64,000 nt of DNA, taken from NCBI GenBank assembly GCA_964620595.1, contig CAZUHP010000004.1, forward strand, positions 3,768 through 67,767. The letters run 5' to 3'. This stretch comes from an uncultured Desulfarculaceae bacterium (GTDB lineage Bacteria > Desulfobacterota > Desulfarculia > Desulfarculales > Desulfarculaceae). The notes under the pieces were generated by a model. It worked only from the letters and a program-made list of their open reading frames with translations, made no database searches and was not told where the DNA came from. Both the position numbers and the translations under genes were made by a program. Positions 25,801-35,145 of the stretch are shown piece after piece; positions within the stretch are counted from its first letter, which is position 1; every line of letters starts with the position of its first letter.

Positions 25801-27105
25801 TCAGTACATGAGCTCCGGCAGCCAGAGCACCAGCTGGGGCAAAAAGACCAGCACCGCGGTGCCGGCCAGGAGCGCGCCCAGAAACGGCAGGCAACCCTTG
25901 AAGATGGTTTCCAGCGGCGTCTTCAGGTCCACTCCCTTGACCACATAGGCGTTGATGCCCACCGGCGGGGTTATGACTCCCATCTGGGTGACCAGCACGA
26001 TTATCACCCCGAACCAGATGGGGTCGAAGCCCAGGCGCAGCACGATGGGGTAGAAGATGGGAATGGTGAGCATGATGAGGGCCAGGGCGTCGATGAAGCA
26101 GCCCCCCACCAGGTAGACCAGCACCATGAGGAAGATCACCGCCCAGCCCGGCAGGCTGAGGCCATCGATGAGCCCGGCCACGGCCATGGGGATGCCGGTC
26201 ACCGCCAAAAAGTGGCCGAACACCACCGCGCCGGCCACCAGCATGAGCACCATGCAGGAGGTGCGCAGGCTGTCCACCACCGCCCGCCGGAACCCGTCCC
26301 AGGTGAGCTGGCGCCGGACCAGGGCGGCCAGCAGCACGCCCGCGGCGCCCACCCCGCCGGCCTCGGTGGGCGTGAACCACCCCCCGAACAGCCCGCCCAT
26401 GACCAGCAGGAACACGGCCAGGGTGTCGGCCAACTCGCCCAGGGAAGCCAGCTTGGCGCGCCAGGAATGGCTGGGCCCGGCCGGGCCCAGCTCGGGCCGC
26501 AGGCGGCAGACCAGGGCGATGGCCAAGAGGAACAGGCCGGTGATGAGGAGCGCCGGCACCACCCCGGCCATGAATAGGCGGCCGATGGACTGCTCGGTCA
26601 AGACCCCATACACGATGAGGACCACGCTGGGCGGCATGAGCATGCCCAGCCCGCCGCCCGAGGCCACGCTGCCGGTGGCCAGCTCGGGGTGGTAGCCGTA
26701 GCGCCGCATCTCGGGCAGGCCCACGGTGGCCATGGTGGCGGCGGTGGCCGGCGAGGAGCCGCACACCGCGCCAAAGGCGGTGCAGGCGCAGACCGTGGCC
26801 ATGGCCAGGCCGCCGCGGGTGGAGCCGGTGAACCGGTAGGCCGCGCCGTAGAGCCGGCGGCTGATGCCGGTATGGAAGGCCAGTTGCCCCATGAGGATGA
26901 ACAGCGGGATGATGGTGAGGCCATAGGAGGAGAACACCCCGTAGATGTCCCGCGCCAGCAGGCCGAGGGCCGGCTCCGTTCCCCGCACCCAGGCAAAGCC
27001 GGCAAAGCCCACCAGGGCCATGGCATAGGCCACGGGCATGCGCGAGAAGAACAGGGCCACCAGCACCAGGATGCCCAAGAGGCCGATCAGGGCGTGGCTA
27101 GGCAT
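25801..27105 (-). CDS. dctM: TRAP transporter large permease
   Basis: 434 aa, polytopic, with a DctM-like sequence throughout. It overlaps the dctQ stop by 8 nt. Confidence 0.9.
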   Translation of the reverse strand: MPSHALIGLLGILVLVALFFSRMPVAYAMALVGFAGFAWVRGTEPALGLLARDIYGVFSSYGLTIIPLFILMGQLAFHTGISRRLYGAAYRFTGSTRGGLAMATVCACTAFGAVCGSSPATAATMATVGLPEMRRYGYHPELATGSVASGGGLGMLMPPSVVLIVYGVLTEQSIGRLFMAGVVPALLITGLFLLAIALVCRLRPELGPAGPSHSWRAKLASLGELADTLAVFLLVMGGLFGGWFTPTEAGGVGAAGVLLAALVRRQLTWDGFRRAVVDSLRTSCMVLMLVAGAVVFGHFLAVTGIPMAVAGLIDGLSLPGWAVIFLMVLVYLVGGCFIDALALIMLTIPIFYPIVLRLGFDPIWFGVIIVLVTQMGVITPPVGINAYVVKGVDLKTPLETIFKGCLPFLGALLAGTAVLVFLPQLVLWLPELMY

Positions 27106-27586
27106 GGCGCACCGCCCGTCTCAAGGAGGCGCTCAAATCGGCCGCCAGGGCCAGGCACAACACGGCGAAGGCCACGGCCACCGCCCGCACCAGCCAATGG
27201 GCCGGCAGCTCCAGGCTCATGGACACCTGCCCCGCCGCGGCCAGGCGGCCGGCGTAGAGCCAGCACTGCCAGCTCACCAGGGCGAACAGGCCGCAGGACA
27301 CGGCCTGGCCGGCCGCGTCCACCCAGGCCGCGGCCCGCGGAGGCAGCCGCCGCACCAGCATGTCCAGGGCTACGTGGCCGCGGTCGCGCTGGGTGACGGG
27401 CATGGCACAGGCCAAGACCAGCACCGCCAGGAGCGACACCCCCTCCACCATCCCCCACAGGGGGCGGCCCGCGGCCCGCAAGGCCACGTCCAGGCAGGTG
27501 ACCAGCAGCATGCCCGTGAGGCTAAGCCCACCGATGAACTTGAGGACCGCGGCCAGGCGGTCCACCAGGCGTTCCAGGGCGTGCAT
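27098..27586 (-). CDS. dctQ: TRAP transporter small permease
   Basis: 162 aa with 4 hydrophobic segments. It lies between the DctP and DctM genes. Confidence 0.8.
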   Translation of the reverse strand: MHALERLVDRLAAVLKFIGGLSLTGMLLVTCLDVALRAAGRPLWGMVEGVSLLAVLVLACAMPVTQRDRGHVALDMLVRRLPPRAAAWVDAAGQAVSCGLFALVSWQCWLYAGRLAAAGQVSMSLELPAHWLVRAVAVAFAVLCLALAADLSASLRRAVRHA

Positions 27587-27596
27587 GGCCCGCCCC

Positions 27597-28616
27597 CTAG
27601 CGCTTGGCCGCGGCCAGGGCCCGCTGAGCCACGGCCAGCACCGCGGCGCCGTCCAGGCCGCGCCGGTTCAGCTTCTTGACGTAGCTCTCCAGCACCGGCT
27701 GCACGGCGGCCCGCCACTTGTCGGCCTGGCCCGGGGCCAGCTCCAGCACCCGCCGCCCCTTTTGGGCCAGCAAGAACTCGCGCCCCTTGGCGTCGGCGGC
27801 GTCCCAGGCCGCGCCGTGCTTGACCGCCCACTCGGCGTTGATCTGGCGGATGGTGTCCTGCACCTCCCGGGGCAAGCGGGCCCACACCTCGCGGTTCATG
27901 ACCACGAAGAAGCCGGTGGTGTAGGCGACCGGAAAGCTCAGGGTGCAAAAGCGCTCCACCTCGCCCAGCTTCCAGCCCCGGTTGGCCTCCACCGGATACA
28001 TGGCGCCGTCCACCACCCCCTTTTCCAGGGCCTGGTAGGTCTCGGGCATGGGCATGGTCACCGGGACGGCGCCCAGGGCCTTGACCGTCTCGGCGGTGGT
28101 GCCGTGGGCCCGGATCTTGAGGCCCTTCAACTCGGCCAAGCTCTGGACCGGCTTGTCCTTGGTGTGGAGCAGGCCCGGCCCGTGGGCATGCAGGTACATC
28201 ACCTCCGTGTCCGCCAGCTCCTTGGGCCTGAGCCGGGCGAAGACCTGGTTCACCACCGCGGTGGCCTGGGCCCCGGAGGTATAGCCCAGGGGCAGGTCCA
28301 CCACCTCCATCACCGGGAAGCGGCCGCGGGTATAGCCGAAACAGCTCATGGCCACGTCACAGATGCCGGTCACCACCGCGTCGTAGCTCTGGGCCGCCTT
28401 GGTGAGGGTCTGGCCCGGGAAGTACTGGAACTTGACCTTGCCGCCGGTGCGCTTTTCCACCTCCCGGCACCAGGCCTGGGCCAAACGGGACTGGACGTGG
28501 GTGGGCGGGAAGAAGTTGCTGTAGGTGAGCTGGATCGCCTCGCCGGCGCGGGCGGAGGAGGCCAGGGACAGAAGCAACACACTGAAGACGGACAGGATGC
28601 AGGCAACACGTTTCAT
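27597..28616 (-). CDS. dctP: TRAP transporter substrate-binding protein
   Basis: ATG at 28616 (MKRVACILSVFSVLLLSLASSARA, a signal peptide), followed by a DctP-like mature sequence. Confidence 0.85.
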   Translation of the reverse strand: MKRVACILSVFSVLLLSLASSARAGEAIQLTYSNFFPPTHVQSRLAQAWCREVEKRTGGKVKFQYFPGQTLTKAAQSYDAVVTGICDVAMSCFGYTRGRFPVMEVVDLPLGYTSGAQATAVVNQVFARLRPKELADTEVMYLHAHGPGLLHTKDKPVQSLAELKGLKIRAHGTTAETVKALGAVPVTMPMPETYQALEKGVVDGAMYPVEANRGWKLGEVERFCTLSFPVAYTTGFFVVMNREVWARLPREVQDTIRQINAEWAVKHGAAWDAADAKGREFLLAQKGRRVLELAPGQADKWRAAVQPVLESYVKKLNRRGLDGAAVLAVAQRALAAAKR

Positions 28617-28732
28617 CGCACGACTCCAAAGCTGGACAGAAGCAACATGAATCACCGGGGGCTGGCAAGCATGAGCGCGGACACCGCCCGGCTGGGCTCA
28701 AGGATGCTATTGCGGATTTATGCAAAAGGGGA

Positions 28733-28753
28733 TTACCGGCCGTCAGGGCCGGT
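28733..28753 (-). terminator. stem-loop after the 2-hydroxyacid dehydrogenase gene
   Basis: TACCGGCC / GGCCGGTA forms an 8-bp stem. On the minus strand it is followed by ATCCCCTTTTGC. Confidence 0.45.
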
Positions 28754-28895
28754 AGTAGTAGGCGTAGAGATACGCGTATGCCGAAAGGCGGTCGAACATG
28801 AGCGTCTTGGGCTCCGTGGTTCGGGTGGAAGGGCCCCCTCGGCCCTCCCTGCCCCGGGAGTCATACCCCAGGCGGGCCGGCCTGTCAACTGCTGG

Positions 28896-29888
28896 CTATT
28901 GCCGATCAAGCACCTGGGGATTGAGGCAATTGGGCGGGCGCCGGCCCTCCAGGAGCAGGGCCGCCAGGTTGCGGGCCGCAGTGAGGCCCATGTTGGTGCG
29001 GGTCTCCAGGGTGGCGCTGCCCAGGTGGGGCAGGAGCACCACGTTGGCGAGGGACGCCAGGCCCGGGTGCAGCTCGGGCTCGTTCTCATACACGTCCAGG
29101 CCCGCGCCGGCGATGGCTCCCTGTTCGAGCGCCCGCACCAGGGCGGCCTCGTCCACCACCTCGCCCCGGGCGGTGTTGATCAGAAAGGCGCTGGGCTTCA
29201 TGAGGGCCAACTCGCGCGCAGCGATGAGGTGGCGGGTCTCCGGGGCGAGGGGCAGGTGCAGGGACACGAAGTCCGCCCGGGCCAGGAGTTCGTCCAGGCC
29301 GCTGTACTCCACCCCCAGGCGGGCCTCCTGGTCCGGGTCCAGGCGGTGGCGCTGGTGATAGAGCACCTGCATGTCAAAGCCCCGGGCGCGCCGGGCCACG
29401 GCCCGGCCGATGCGCCCCAGGCCCACCAAGCCCAGGGTCTTGTGGTGCAGGTCCGCACCCAGCATGAACATGGGTCCCCAACCCGGAAAGCGGCCGGCCC
29501 GGGTCTTGGTGTCCGCCTCCACCACCCGCCGGGCCACGGCCAGCATGAGCGCCAGGGCCAGATCCGCGGTGGTGTCGGTGAGCACATCCGGGGTGTTGCA
29601 CACCGCCACTCCCCGCCGGGTGGCCGCCTCCAGGTCGATGTTGTTGTAGCCTACCGCGTAGTTGGCCACGATACGCAAGGAGGGGCCCGCCGCCGCCAGC
29701 AGCTCGGCGTCCACGCGGTCCACCAGAAGCGGCAAGAGCCCGTCCTGGCCCTGGACCGCGGCCAGGAGTTCCTGCCGGGGCATGGGCCCGTCGTGGGGGC
29801 TCACGGTAAGCTCGAAGCCGTCTTGCAGAAGCTCCATCACCGCCGGCGGCAGCCGGCGGGTGACCAGCACGCGGGGTTTGGCACCCAT
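28896..29888 (-). CDS. D-isomer-specific 2-hydroxyacid dehydrogenase (glyoxylate/hydroxypyruvate reductase-like)
   Basis: ATG at 29888 with a GGAGAGGAG RBS. Motifs are GLVGLGRIGRAVARR (NAD) and the TARG..VD and LPHLGSAT catalytic contexts. Confidence 0.9.
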   Translation of the reverse strand: MGAKPRVLVTRRLPPAVMELLQDGFELTVSPHDGPMPRQELLAAVQGQDGLLPLLVDRVDAELLAAAGPSLRIVANYAVGYNNIDLEAATRRGVAVCNTPDVLTDTTADLALALMLAVARRVVEADTKTRAGRFPGWGPMFMLGADLHHKTLGLVGLGRIGRAVARRARGFDMQVLYHQRHRLDPDQEARLGVEYSGLDELLARADFVSLHLPLAPETRHLIAARELALMKPSAFLINTARGEVVDEAALVRALEQGAIAGAGLDVYENEPELHPGLASLANVVLLPHLGSATLETRTNMGLTAARNLAALLLEGRRPPNCLNPQVLDRQ

Positions 29889-29959
29889 GTCTCCTCTCCT
29901 GGCAGGCGGGCCGCCGGCCGGCGGCCCGCCCGATATCCAACCGTCCGATTGCCGACCCT

Positions 29960-31684
29960 CTAGGCGCCGCCCTCCATCCGCGTCAACTCCTCGTCGCGCA
30001 GGAGGCGGCGCAGCACCTTGCCCACCAGGGTCTTGGGCAGCTCCTCGCGGAACTCGATCACCGTGGGGGCCTTGTAGTGGGTGATGTTCTCCTGGCACCA
30101 GGCGATGATGTCATCGGCGCTCACCCGGCCCCGGGCCGAGGGCTTCAGCACCACGAAGGCCTTGACCACCTCGCCCACCTTGGGATGGGGCACCCCGATC
30201 ACCGCCGCCTCCAGGATGTCGGGGTGGGTGTAGAGGTAGTCTTCCACCTCGGCGGGGAACACCGAGTAGCCCCGGTGCTTGATCAGGTCCTTGGCCCGGT
30301 CGCGGATGTAGGTCCAGCCCCGCTCGTCCATGTAGGCCACGTCGCCGGTGTGGAACCAGCCGTCCCGCAGGCAGTCCGCGGTTTCCTGGGGCTGGTTGTA
30401 GTAGCCCTTCATCACCTGGGGGCCCTTCACGCAAAGCTCGCCCACCCCTTCCGGCCCCAGGGGCATCTGCTTCTCGCCGGTCTCCAGGTCCACGATCTTC
30501 ACCTCGGTGTTGCAGATGGGAATGCCGATGGAGCCCACCACCCGGGGCTTGCCCCCGGGCATCTGGAAGGGGTTGGCCGTGGCCACCGGCGAAGTCTCGC
30601 TGAGGCCGTAGCCCTCCACCACCACCGCGCCGGTCTTCTCCTCAAAGGCCACCTGCACCTCCCGGGGCAAGGGACCGGCCGCGGAGAGGCATTGCTTGAG
30701 GGGGCTGAGGTCGAAGCGCTCCAGGCCCTCGCTGTGGTTGATCTTGTTGAACAGCGCCGCCACCCCCGGCATGAGCAGGTGGTAGCCCTGGCCCCATTTT
30801 TCGATCTGGCGGGCCCACTCGGTCATGTCCGCCGGCGGCTGGGGAAACAGGAGCTGGAAGGCGCCGGTGGCCACGGCCACGTTCATCACGCAGGTCATGG
30901 CATAGATGTGGAACAGGGGCAGCACCCCCACCGCGCCCATGCCCGAAACCAGCTCGCCCAGCCAGGCCTTGCAGGCCAGGGCGTTGAACACCAGGTTCTG
31001 GTGGGTGAGCATGGCGCCCTTGGGGGTGCCGGTGGTGCCGCCGGTGTATTGCAGCACGGCCAGGTCCTCGGCCGGATCGATCTCCACTGCCGGCGGCCGG
31101 CCCGGGCTCTTGAGGAGCTTGGTAAAGGGAATCGTCTCCGGCGGCATCTTGCCGGTGGGTATCTTGCCCAGGGCCTTGCCCAACAGGCGTTTCACGGCGC
31201 TGAAACCGCACAGGTCCACCACGTTGGTGCCGATCAGGTGCTGCACCTTGGTTTCGGCCAGCACCTTGGCCGGCGACTGGTACACCGAGTCCAGCACGAT
31301 GAGCGCCTTGGCCCCGGAGTCGTTCAGGTGGTGGCGCACCTCCAGGGGCTTGTAGGTGGGGTTGATGGCCGTGGCCACCACCCCCAGGCGCTGGCAGGCA
31401 TAGTAGGCCACCACGAACTGGTGGGAGTTGGGCAGCATCAGGGCGACCACATCGCCCTTGTTGAGGCCCAGGCCGGCCAGGCCGGCGGCGAAACGGTCCA
31501 CCATCTGGTCCAGCTCGCGGTAGGTCACCACCGTGTCCAGAAAAACGATGGCCCGGTTGTCCGGCTTTTCCCGCGCGGTCTGTCGCAGCATCTCACCCAG
31601 GCTGAGGCGCGGCACCTCGATCATCTTGGGCACGCCCTCCGGCCAGTCGCCGTACCAGGGCCGTTCCCCCAGGTCCTTGCTCAT
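29960..31684 (-). CDS. long-chain acyl-CoA synthetase (AMP-forming)
   Basis: ATG at 31684 (MSKDLGERPWYGDW). It has the AMP-binding motif YTGGTTGTPKGAM, plus YGLSETSP, WFHTGD and GKVLRR. Confidence 0.9.
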   Translation of the reverse strand: MSKDLGERPWYGDWPEGVPKMIEVPRLSLGEMLRQTAREKPDNRAIVFLDTVVTYRELDQMVDRFAAGLAGLGLNKGDVVALMLPNSHQFVVAYYACQRLGVVATAINPTYKPLEVRHHLNDSGAKALIVLDSVYQSPAKVLAETKVQHLIGTNVVDLCGFSAVKRLLGKALGKIPTGKMPPETIPFTKLLKSPGRPPAVEIDPAEDLAVLQYTGGTTGTPKGAMLTHQNLVFNALACKAWLGELVSGMGAVGVLPLFHIYAMTCVMNVAVATGAFQLLFPQPPADMTEWARQIEKWGQGYHLLMPGVAALFNKINHSEGLERFDLSPLKQCLSAAGPLPREVQVAFEEKTGAVVVEGYGLSETSPVATANPFQMPGGKPRVVGSIGIPICNTEVKIVDLETGEKQMPLGPEGVGELCVKGPQVMKGYYNQPQETADCLRDGWFHTGDVAYMDERGWTYIRDRAKDLIKHRGYSVFPAEVEDYLYTHPDILEAAVIGVPHPKVGEVVKAFVVLKPSARGRVSADDIIAWCQENITHYKAPTVIEFREELPKTLVGKVLRRLLRDEELTRMEGGA

Positions 31685-31816
31685 TGGTTTCTCCCTTTCC
31701 AGGGCGCCGTACTGCCTGGTGCTGCCCGCCAAGGGCCGGGCGAGTGTGCGGGTGACAGATAATAGCACGGAGCGGGCCTGTGGCCCAGCCCCGGACTCCT
31801 GGCCTGGGGCGGGTTG

Positions 31817-31825
31817 TGTTAGAAT
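31817..31825 (+). promoter_or_regulatory. putative extended -10 promoter of the cyclase gene
   Basis: TG-T-TAGAAT. It lies downstream of the ORF-track start at 31780, which supports the later TTG start at 31876. Confidence 0.35.
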
Positions 31826-31875
31826 TTATTGAGCGGCCTCCGGCCCCCCTGCCGGAGGGGGCGAAGGGAGTTTTT

Positions 31876-33660
31876 TTGCTGCACTTCACCAGCCTGCGTC
31901 AACGTCTTTACGTCTGGCTGCTTCTGCCCGTGGCGGTGCTGCTCATCGGACTGGGGGCGGCGGGATTCTATTATGCCCGCAGCCGGCTGGTGGACCAGTG
32001 GCGCACCTCGGCCCTGTTCAGCCTGGAGCGGGCGGCCCACGACATCGACATGCGCCTGGAACGGCCGGCCGAGGCGGTGGAATTGATCAACCGCCTGGCC
32101 GCGGAGACGCCCCTGGACACCGCGGCCTGGAAGTCCCTGCTGGCCCAGGTTCCGGGGGTGGCCGGGGTGAAGCTCTCCTGGCCCCCCCAGGCCGGGACCA
32201 TGCCCGGCCCGGGCGCCGGCAGAGCCCCCGCGCAACACCGCCGCCCGTCCATGCGCTTCCACCGGGCGCGGATCGCCCAGGTGAGTGCCCCCCGTTTCGA
32301 TTCCCAGGCCGGCCGGCCCACGGTGCGCATGATCTTCGAGTTGAAGGACGAAACCGGACGCACCAGCGGCCGGCTGGAGCTGAGCATCCTTTTCGACTAC
32401 CTGCTCAAGGACATCCAGGCGCTTTCCTGGTGGCAGGGCGACGAGGGCTACCTGGTGGACGACACCGGCCGCATCCTGGCCCGCACCCGGAAGGCGCCCG
32501 CCGGCAAGGAGCGCCTGGGCCAAGACGGCGGCGAGCTGGAGCTACGCACCCTGGAGGCGCTCCTGCGCCAAAAGGCGGGCACCCTTTTGAGCGGCGAGTA
32601 CCTGGCCGAGCGGGCAAGCGGTTTCCACCGGCTGAGGCGCGCGCCCTGGACCCTGGTGCTCATCGCGCCCCGGGCGGTGCTGGCACCGGTGATGGATTTC
32701 CTGCGCGCCTATCTGGTGGTGGGCGGGCTGTGCGTGCTGGTGGTGCTGCTGCTCATCCGCCTGGTCACCGGCCGGGTGGTGGGCTCGGTGCGCACCGTGT
32801 GCCAAGCCGCCCGCCAGGTGGCCCGCGGCGACTACGGGGTGGAGGTGCCCGAGCCGCGCACCCGGGACGAGTTCCACCGCCTGGCCCAGAGCTTCAACAC
32901 CATGGTGGAGGGGCTCCGGGAAAAGGAGTTCATCCGCGACACCCTTGGGCGCTACGTGGACCAGGAGGTGGCCCGCCAGCTCATAAGCCGGCCCGAGGCC
33001 TCCCGCCTGGGTGGCCAGAAGCGCTGGGTGGCGGTGATGATGAGCGACGTACGCGGCTTCACCGCCCTGTGCAACGACCTGGGCCCGGAGGAGACCACCG
33101 CCATCATCAACCGCTACCTGACCCGGCTGGTGGAGGTGATCCACCGCTACCAGGGCATCATCGTGGACTTCCTGGGCGATGCGGTGCTGGTCTTTTTCGA
33201 CAGCCTGGACTTTCCCCCGGCCGAGGCCGCCCGCCGGGCGGTGTGCTGCGCCCTGGATCTGAAAAAGACCACGGACGAGTTCAACCGGCAAAGCCGCGCC
33301 CAGGGCCTGCCCGAGCTGGCCACCGCCTTTGGTCTCAATGCCGGGGAGGTGGTGGTGGGCAACATCGGCTCCCAGACCCGCACCAAGTACGGCATCGTGG
33401 GCGGGCCGGTGAACCTGACTCAGCGCATCCAGGCCCAGGCCGAGGGTGGCGAGATACTGGTATCCCAATCCCTGTACGACCTCCTGGCCGATGATTTAGT
33501 GGTGAGCCGCTCCTTTACCACCTCGCTCAAGGGAGTGGAAGGCGAAGTGACGCTATATCTGGTGGAAGGACTGCGCTCCTGCGCGGCCCAAGCCTCCCCC
33601 TCTCCCCCGTCGCCCCCGTCCCCCCCGTCCCCCCCGTCATGCCAGGCGGGGCCCGCTTAG
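31876..33660 (+). CDS. membrane sensor class III adenylate/guanylate cyclase (extracytoplasmic sensor-HAMP-CYC)
   Basis: I prefer the TTG at 31876 (AAGGGAG RBS 5 nt upstream, downstream of an extended -10). The ORF is open to 31780. The cyclase core reads VAVMMSDVRGFT...DFLGDAVLVFF...GLNAGEVVVGNIGS...YGIVGGPVNL. Confidence 0.85.
   Translation: MLHFTSLRQRLYVWLLLPVAVLLIGLGAAGFYYARSRLVDQWRTSALFSLERAAHDIDMRLERPAEAVELINRLAAETPLDTAAWKSLLAQVPGVAGVKLSWPPQAGTMPGPGAGRAPAQHRRPSMRFHRARIAQVSAPRFDSQAGRPTVRMIFELKDETGRTSGRLELSILFDYLLKDIQALSWWQGDEGYLVDDTGRILARTRKAPAGKERLGQDGGELELRTLEALLRQKAGTLLSGEYLAERASGFHRLRRAPWTLVLIAPRAVLAPVMDFLRAYLVVGGLCVLVVLLLIRLVTGRVVGSVRTVCQAARQVARGDYGVEVPEPRTRDEFHRLAQSFNTMVEGLREKEFIRDTLGRYVDQEVARQLISRPEASRLGGQKRWVAVMMSDVRGFTALCNDLGPEETTAIINRYLTRLVEVIHRYQGIIVDFLGDAVLVFFDSLDFPPAEAARRAVCCALDLKKTTDEFNRQSRAQGLPELATAFGLNAGEVVVGNIGSQTRTKYGIVGGPVNLTQRIQAQAEGGEILVSQSLYDLLADDLVVSRSFTTSLKGVEGEVTLYLVEGLRSCAAQASPSPPSPPSPPSPPSCQAGPA
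33594..33638. repeat. poly-C/GTC array forming the C-terminus of the cyclase CDS (encodes SPSPPSPPSPPSPPS)
   Basis: CTCCCCCTCTCCCCCGTCGCCCCCGTCCCCCCCGTCCCCCCCGTC. The stop comes 20 nt later. Confidence 0.85.
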
Positions 33661-33687
33661 AGCGGGACTACAAGGAGGAAACCCGCC

Positions 33688-34158
33688 ATGCGCCTCGTGA
33701 AGCTCAACGCCCTCATCGCCCTGGCCCTCATGGTCTTGGCCCCCGCGGCCGCGGCCCAGGCGCCGCCCGCCTCGAGCAAGGGCCAAACCCTGTACTTGCC
33801 CGCGGTGAGCTATGTTTACCTGGGCGCCAAGAGCAAGCCCTACTCCCTCACCAAGACCTTTTTCTTCCGCAACCGGGACCCCCGCCGGCAGCTGACCATA
33901 ACCGCGGTGGACTACTACGACGGCCGGGGCGTCAAGCTGGCCAGCTTACTGGACCGGCCGCAGGTACTCGCGCCCCTGGCCTCCCTGCAAATGCCGCTGC
34001 CCACGCAGGACCAGGAGGCCCGGGGCTGCGCCCCCTGCCTGATCGTGCGCTGGCGGGCCGGCAAGCCGGTGAACCCGCCCCTGGTGCAATGCATCATGAT
34101 CGGCGCCACCGGCCAGCAGGGCATCTCCTTCAGCACCACGGCCACGCCCATCCGCTAG
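33688..34158 (+). CDS. exported DUF3124-like protein
   Basis: 156 aa with a signal peptide. KGQTLYLPAVSYVY...LTKTFFFRNRDP..LTITAVDYYDG...QQGISF resembles the DUF3124 family as I recall it. Confidence 0.65.
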   Translation: MRLVKLNALIALALMVLAPAAAAQAPPASSKGQTLYLPAVSYVYLGAKSKPYSLTKTFFFRNRDPRRQLTITAVDYYDGRGVKLASLLDRPQVLAPLASLQMPLPTQDQEARGCAPCLIVRWRAGKPVNPPLVQCIMIGATGQQGISFSTTATPIR

Positions 34159-34272
34159 CAGAGCGCAAGGAGGAACCAGGACGCAGCTATCCCCCCGCCG
34201 CCCGAGGCGCCGGCAGGAAGCCTGGCTACGATTGCATTGAACCCGCCGGAACGGCGGCGGGCAAAGGAGGGC

Positions 34273-34485
34273 CTAGCGCCGGCGTGCCTCGCGGCGGGCC
34301 CGGGCGCGGGAAAGCTGGCGGCGGAGGCGCCGGGCAGCCTGGCGCTCCTTGCGCCGCCGCTTGTCCGAGGGCTTCTCAGCCCAGCGCTTCTCCTTGAGCT
34401 GGCGGAAGACGCCTTCCTTGATGAGTTGGCGCTTCAACACCTTGATGGCCTTTTCCACGTTGTTGTCCACTACCCTGACTTCCAA
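34273..34485 (-). CDS. rpsU: 30S ribosomal protein S21
   Basis: (M)EVRVVDNNVEKAIKVLKRQL...EKPSDKRRRKERQA. I prefer the TTG at 34485 because a GGAGG lies 5 nt upstream. The ORF track starts at another TTG at 34497. Confidence 0.85.
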   Translation of the reverse strand: MEVRVVDNNVEKAIKVLKRQLIKEGVFRQLKEKRWAEKPSDKRRRKERQAARRLRRQLSRARARREARRR

Positions 34486-34640
34486 CTTCGCCTCCAACTA
34501 CACTCTTGGCTTTAAAACAACGATATCCCTTCCGCTCATTGAGCGGCCTGACTGTACGCTACCGTCCGCCTGCCAAAAGCGGCGGTCATGCTTGGGTTGG
34601 GTACCGCCCCGCCTCGACTCGGGACGGCTCCGCATGCGGC

Positions 34641-34700
34641 TCCCCCCGGACGCCCCCCCCCGACGCCTCCGATGCCCCCCAGCTCCCCCCGGCAGGGGGA
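34641..34700. repeat. poly-C array, intergenic, just downstream of the RRM gene stop
   Basis: Runs of C6, C9, C6 and C6 separated by GGACG, GACGCCTCCGATG and AGCT. It ends with a CCCCCC GGCA GGGGG hairpin. Confidence 0.75.
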
Positions 34701-34710
34701 ACCCGCAGGC

Positions 34711-34980
34711 TTACCAGCGGCGGGTCTGGCGAGGGGCGCGGGGCCGGGCCTCGTTCACCCGCAAGGGGCGGCCGCCCATCTCCATGCCGTTGGTCGCTTC
34801 GATGGCCTGCTGGGCCTCTGTCTCATCCATCTCCACGAAGCCAAAGCCGCGGGAGCGGCCGGTCTCCCGGTCGGTGATGACCTTGGCCGAATGAACCGTG
34901 CCGTACTGCTCAAACAGGCTGCGGACCTCACTCTCCGTGGCGGAGAAGGGCAGATTGCCCACATAGATGCTCTTTACCAT
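34711..34980 (-). CDS. RRM-type RNA-binding protein
   Basis: 89 aa with RNP2 (IYVGNL) and RNP1 (RGFGFVEM). Confidence 0.9.
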   Translation of the reverse strand: MVKSIYVGNLPFSATESEVRSLFEQYGTVHSAKVITDRETGRSRGFGFVEMDETEAQQAIEATNGMEMGGRPLRVNEARPRAPRQTRRW

Positions 34981-35145
34981 CTCTCAGCTAACTCCTACAA
35001 ACAGGAACCACACTCTCCCGGCCGGAGCCGGAAAACCCAAAAGGTCCAATGAGCCTGATGAACGAGGCAAGATTCGGCGGGCTTTTCACCGGAAGGTCTA
35101 GCCGCATACTTACCGGCTTATTGGCGCTTTGGTTTGTTAATGTAT

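Noticed and set aside
28617-28700. A sigma54-like element upstream of dctP (minus strand CGGTGATTCATGTTGCT), and another upstream of the radical SAM gene (TGGCCAATCCTTTGTA, ~51650).
   Set aside because: The first has GG-to-GC spacing one nucleotide too long. The second lacks the invariant GC (it reads TTGT). I rejected both as chance matches.
567-29963. Many very long ORFs antisense to, or out of frame with, the called genes. Examples are 567-1874 (+), 2027-4234 (+), 10312-12249 (-), 13871-15730 (-), 16616-18733 (-), 18265-19797 (-) and 27360-29963 (+).
   Set aside because: Their translations are low-complexity Gly/Ala/Arg/Pro/His-rich strings with no recognisable motifs. This is typical of stop-codon-poor alternative frames in very GC-rich DNA. 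In each case the overlapping frame has clear family motifs.
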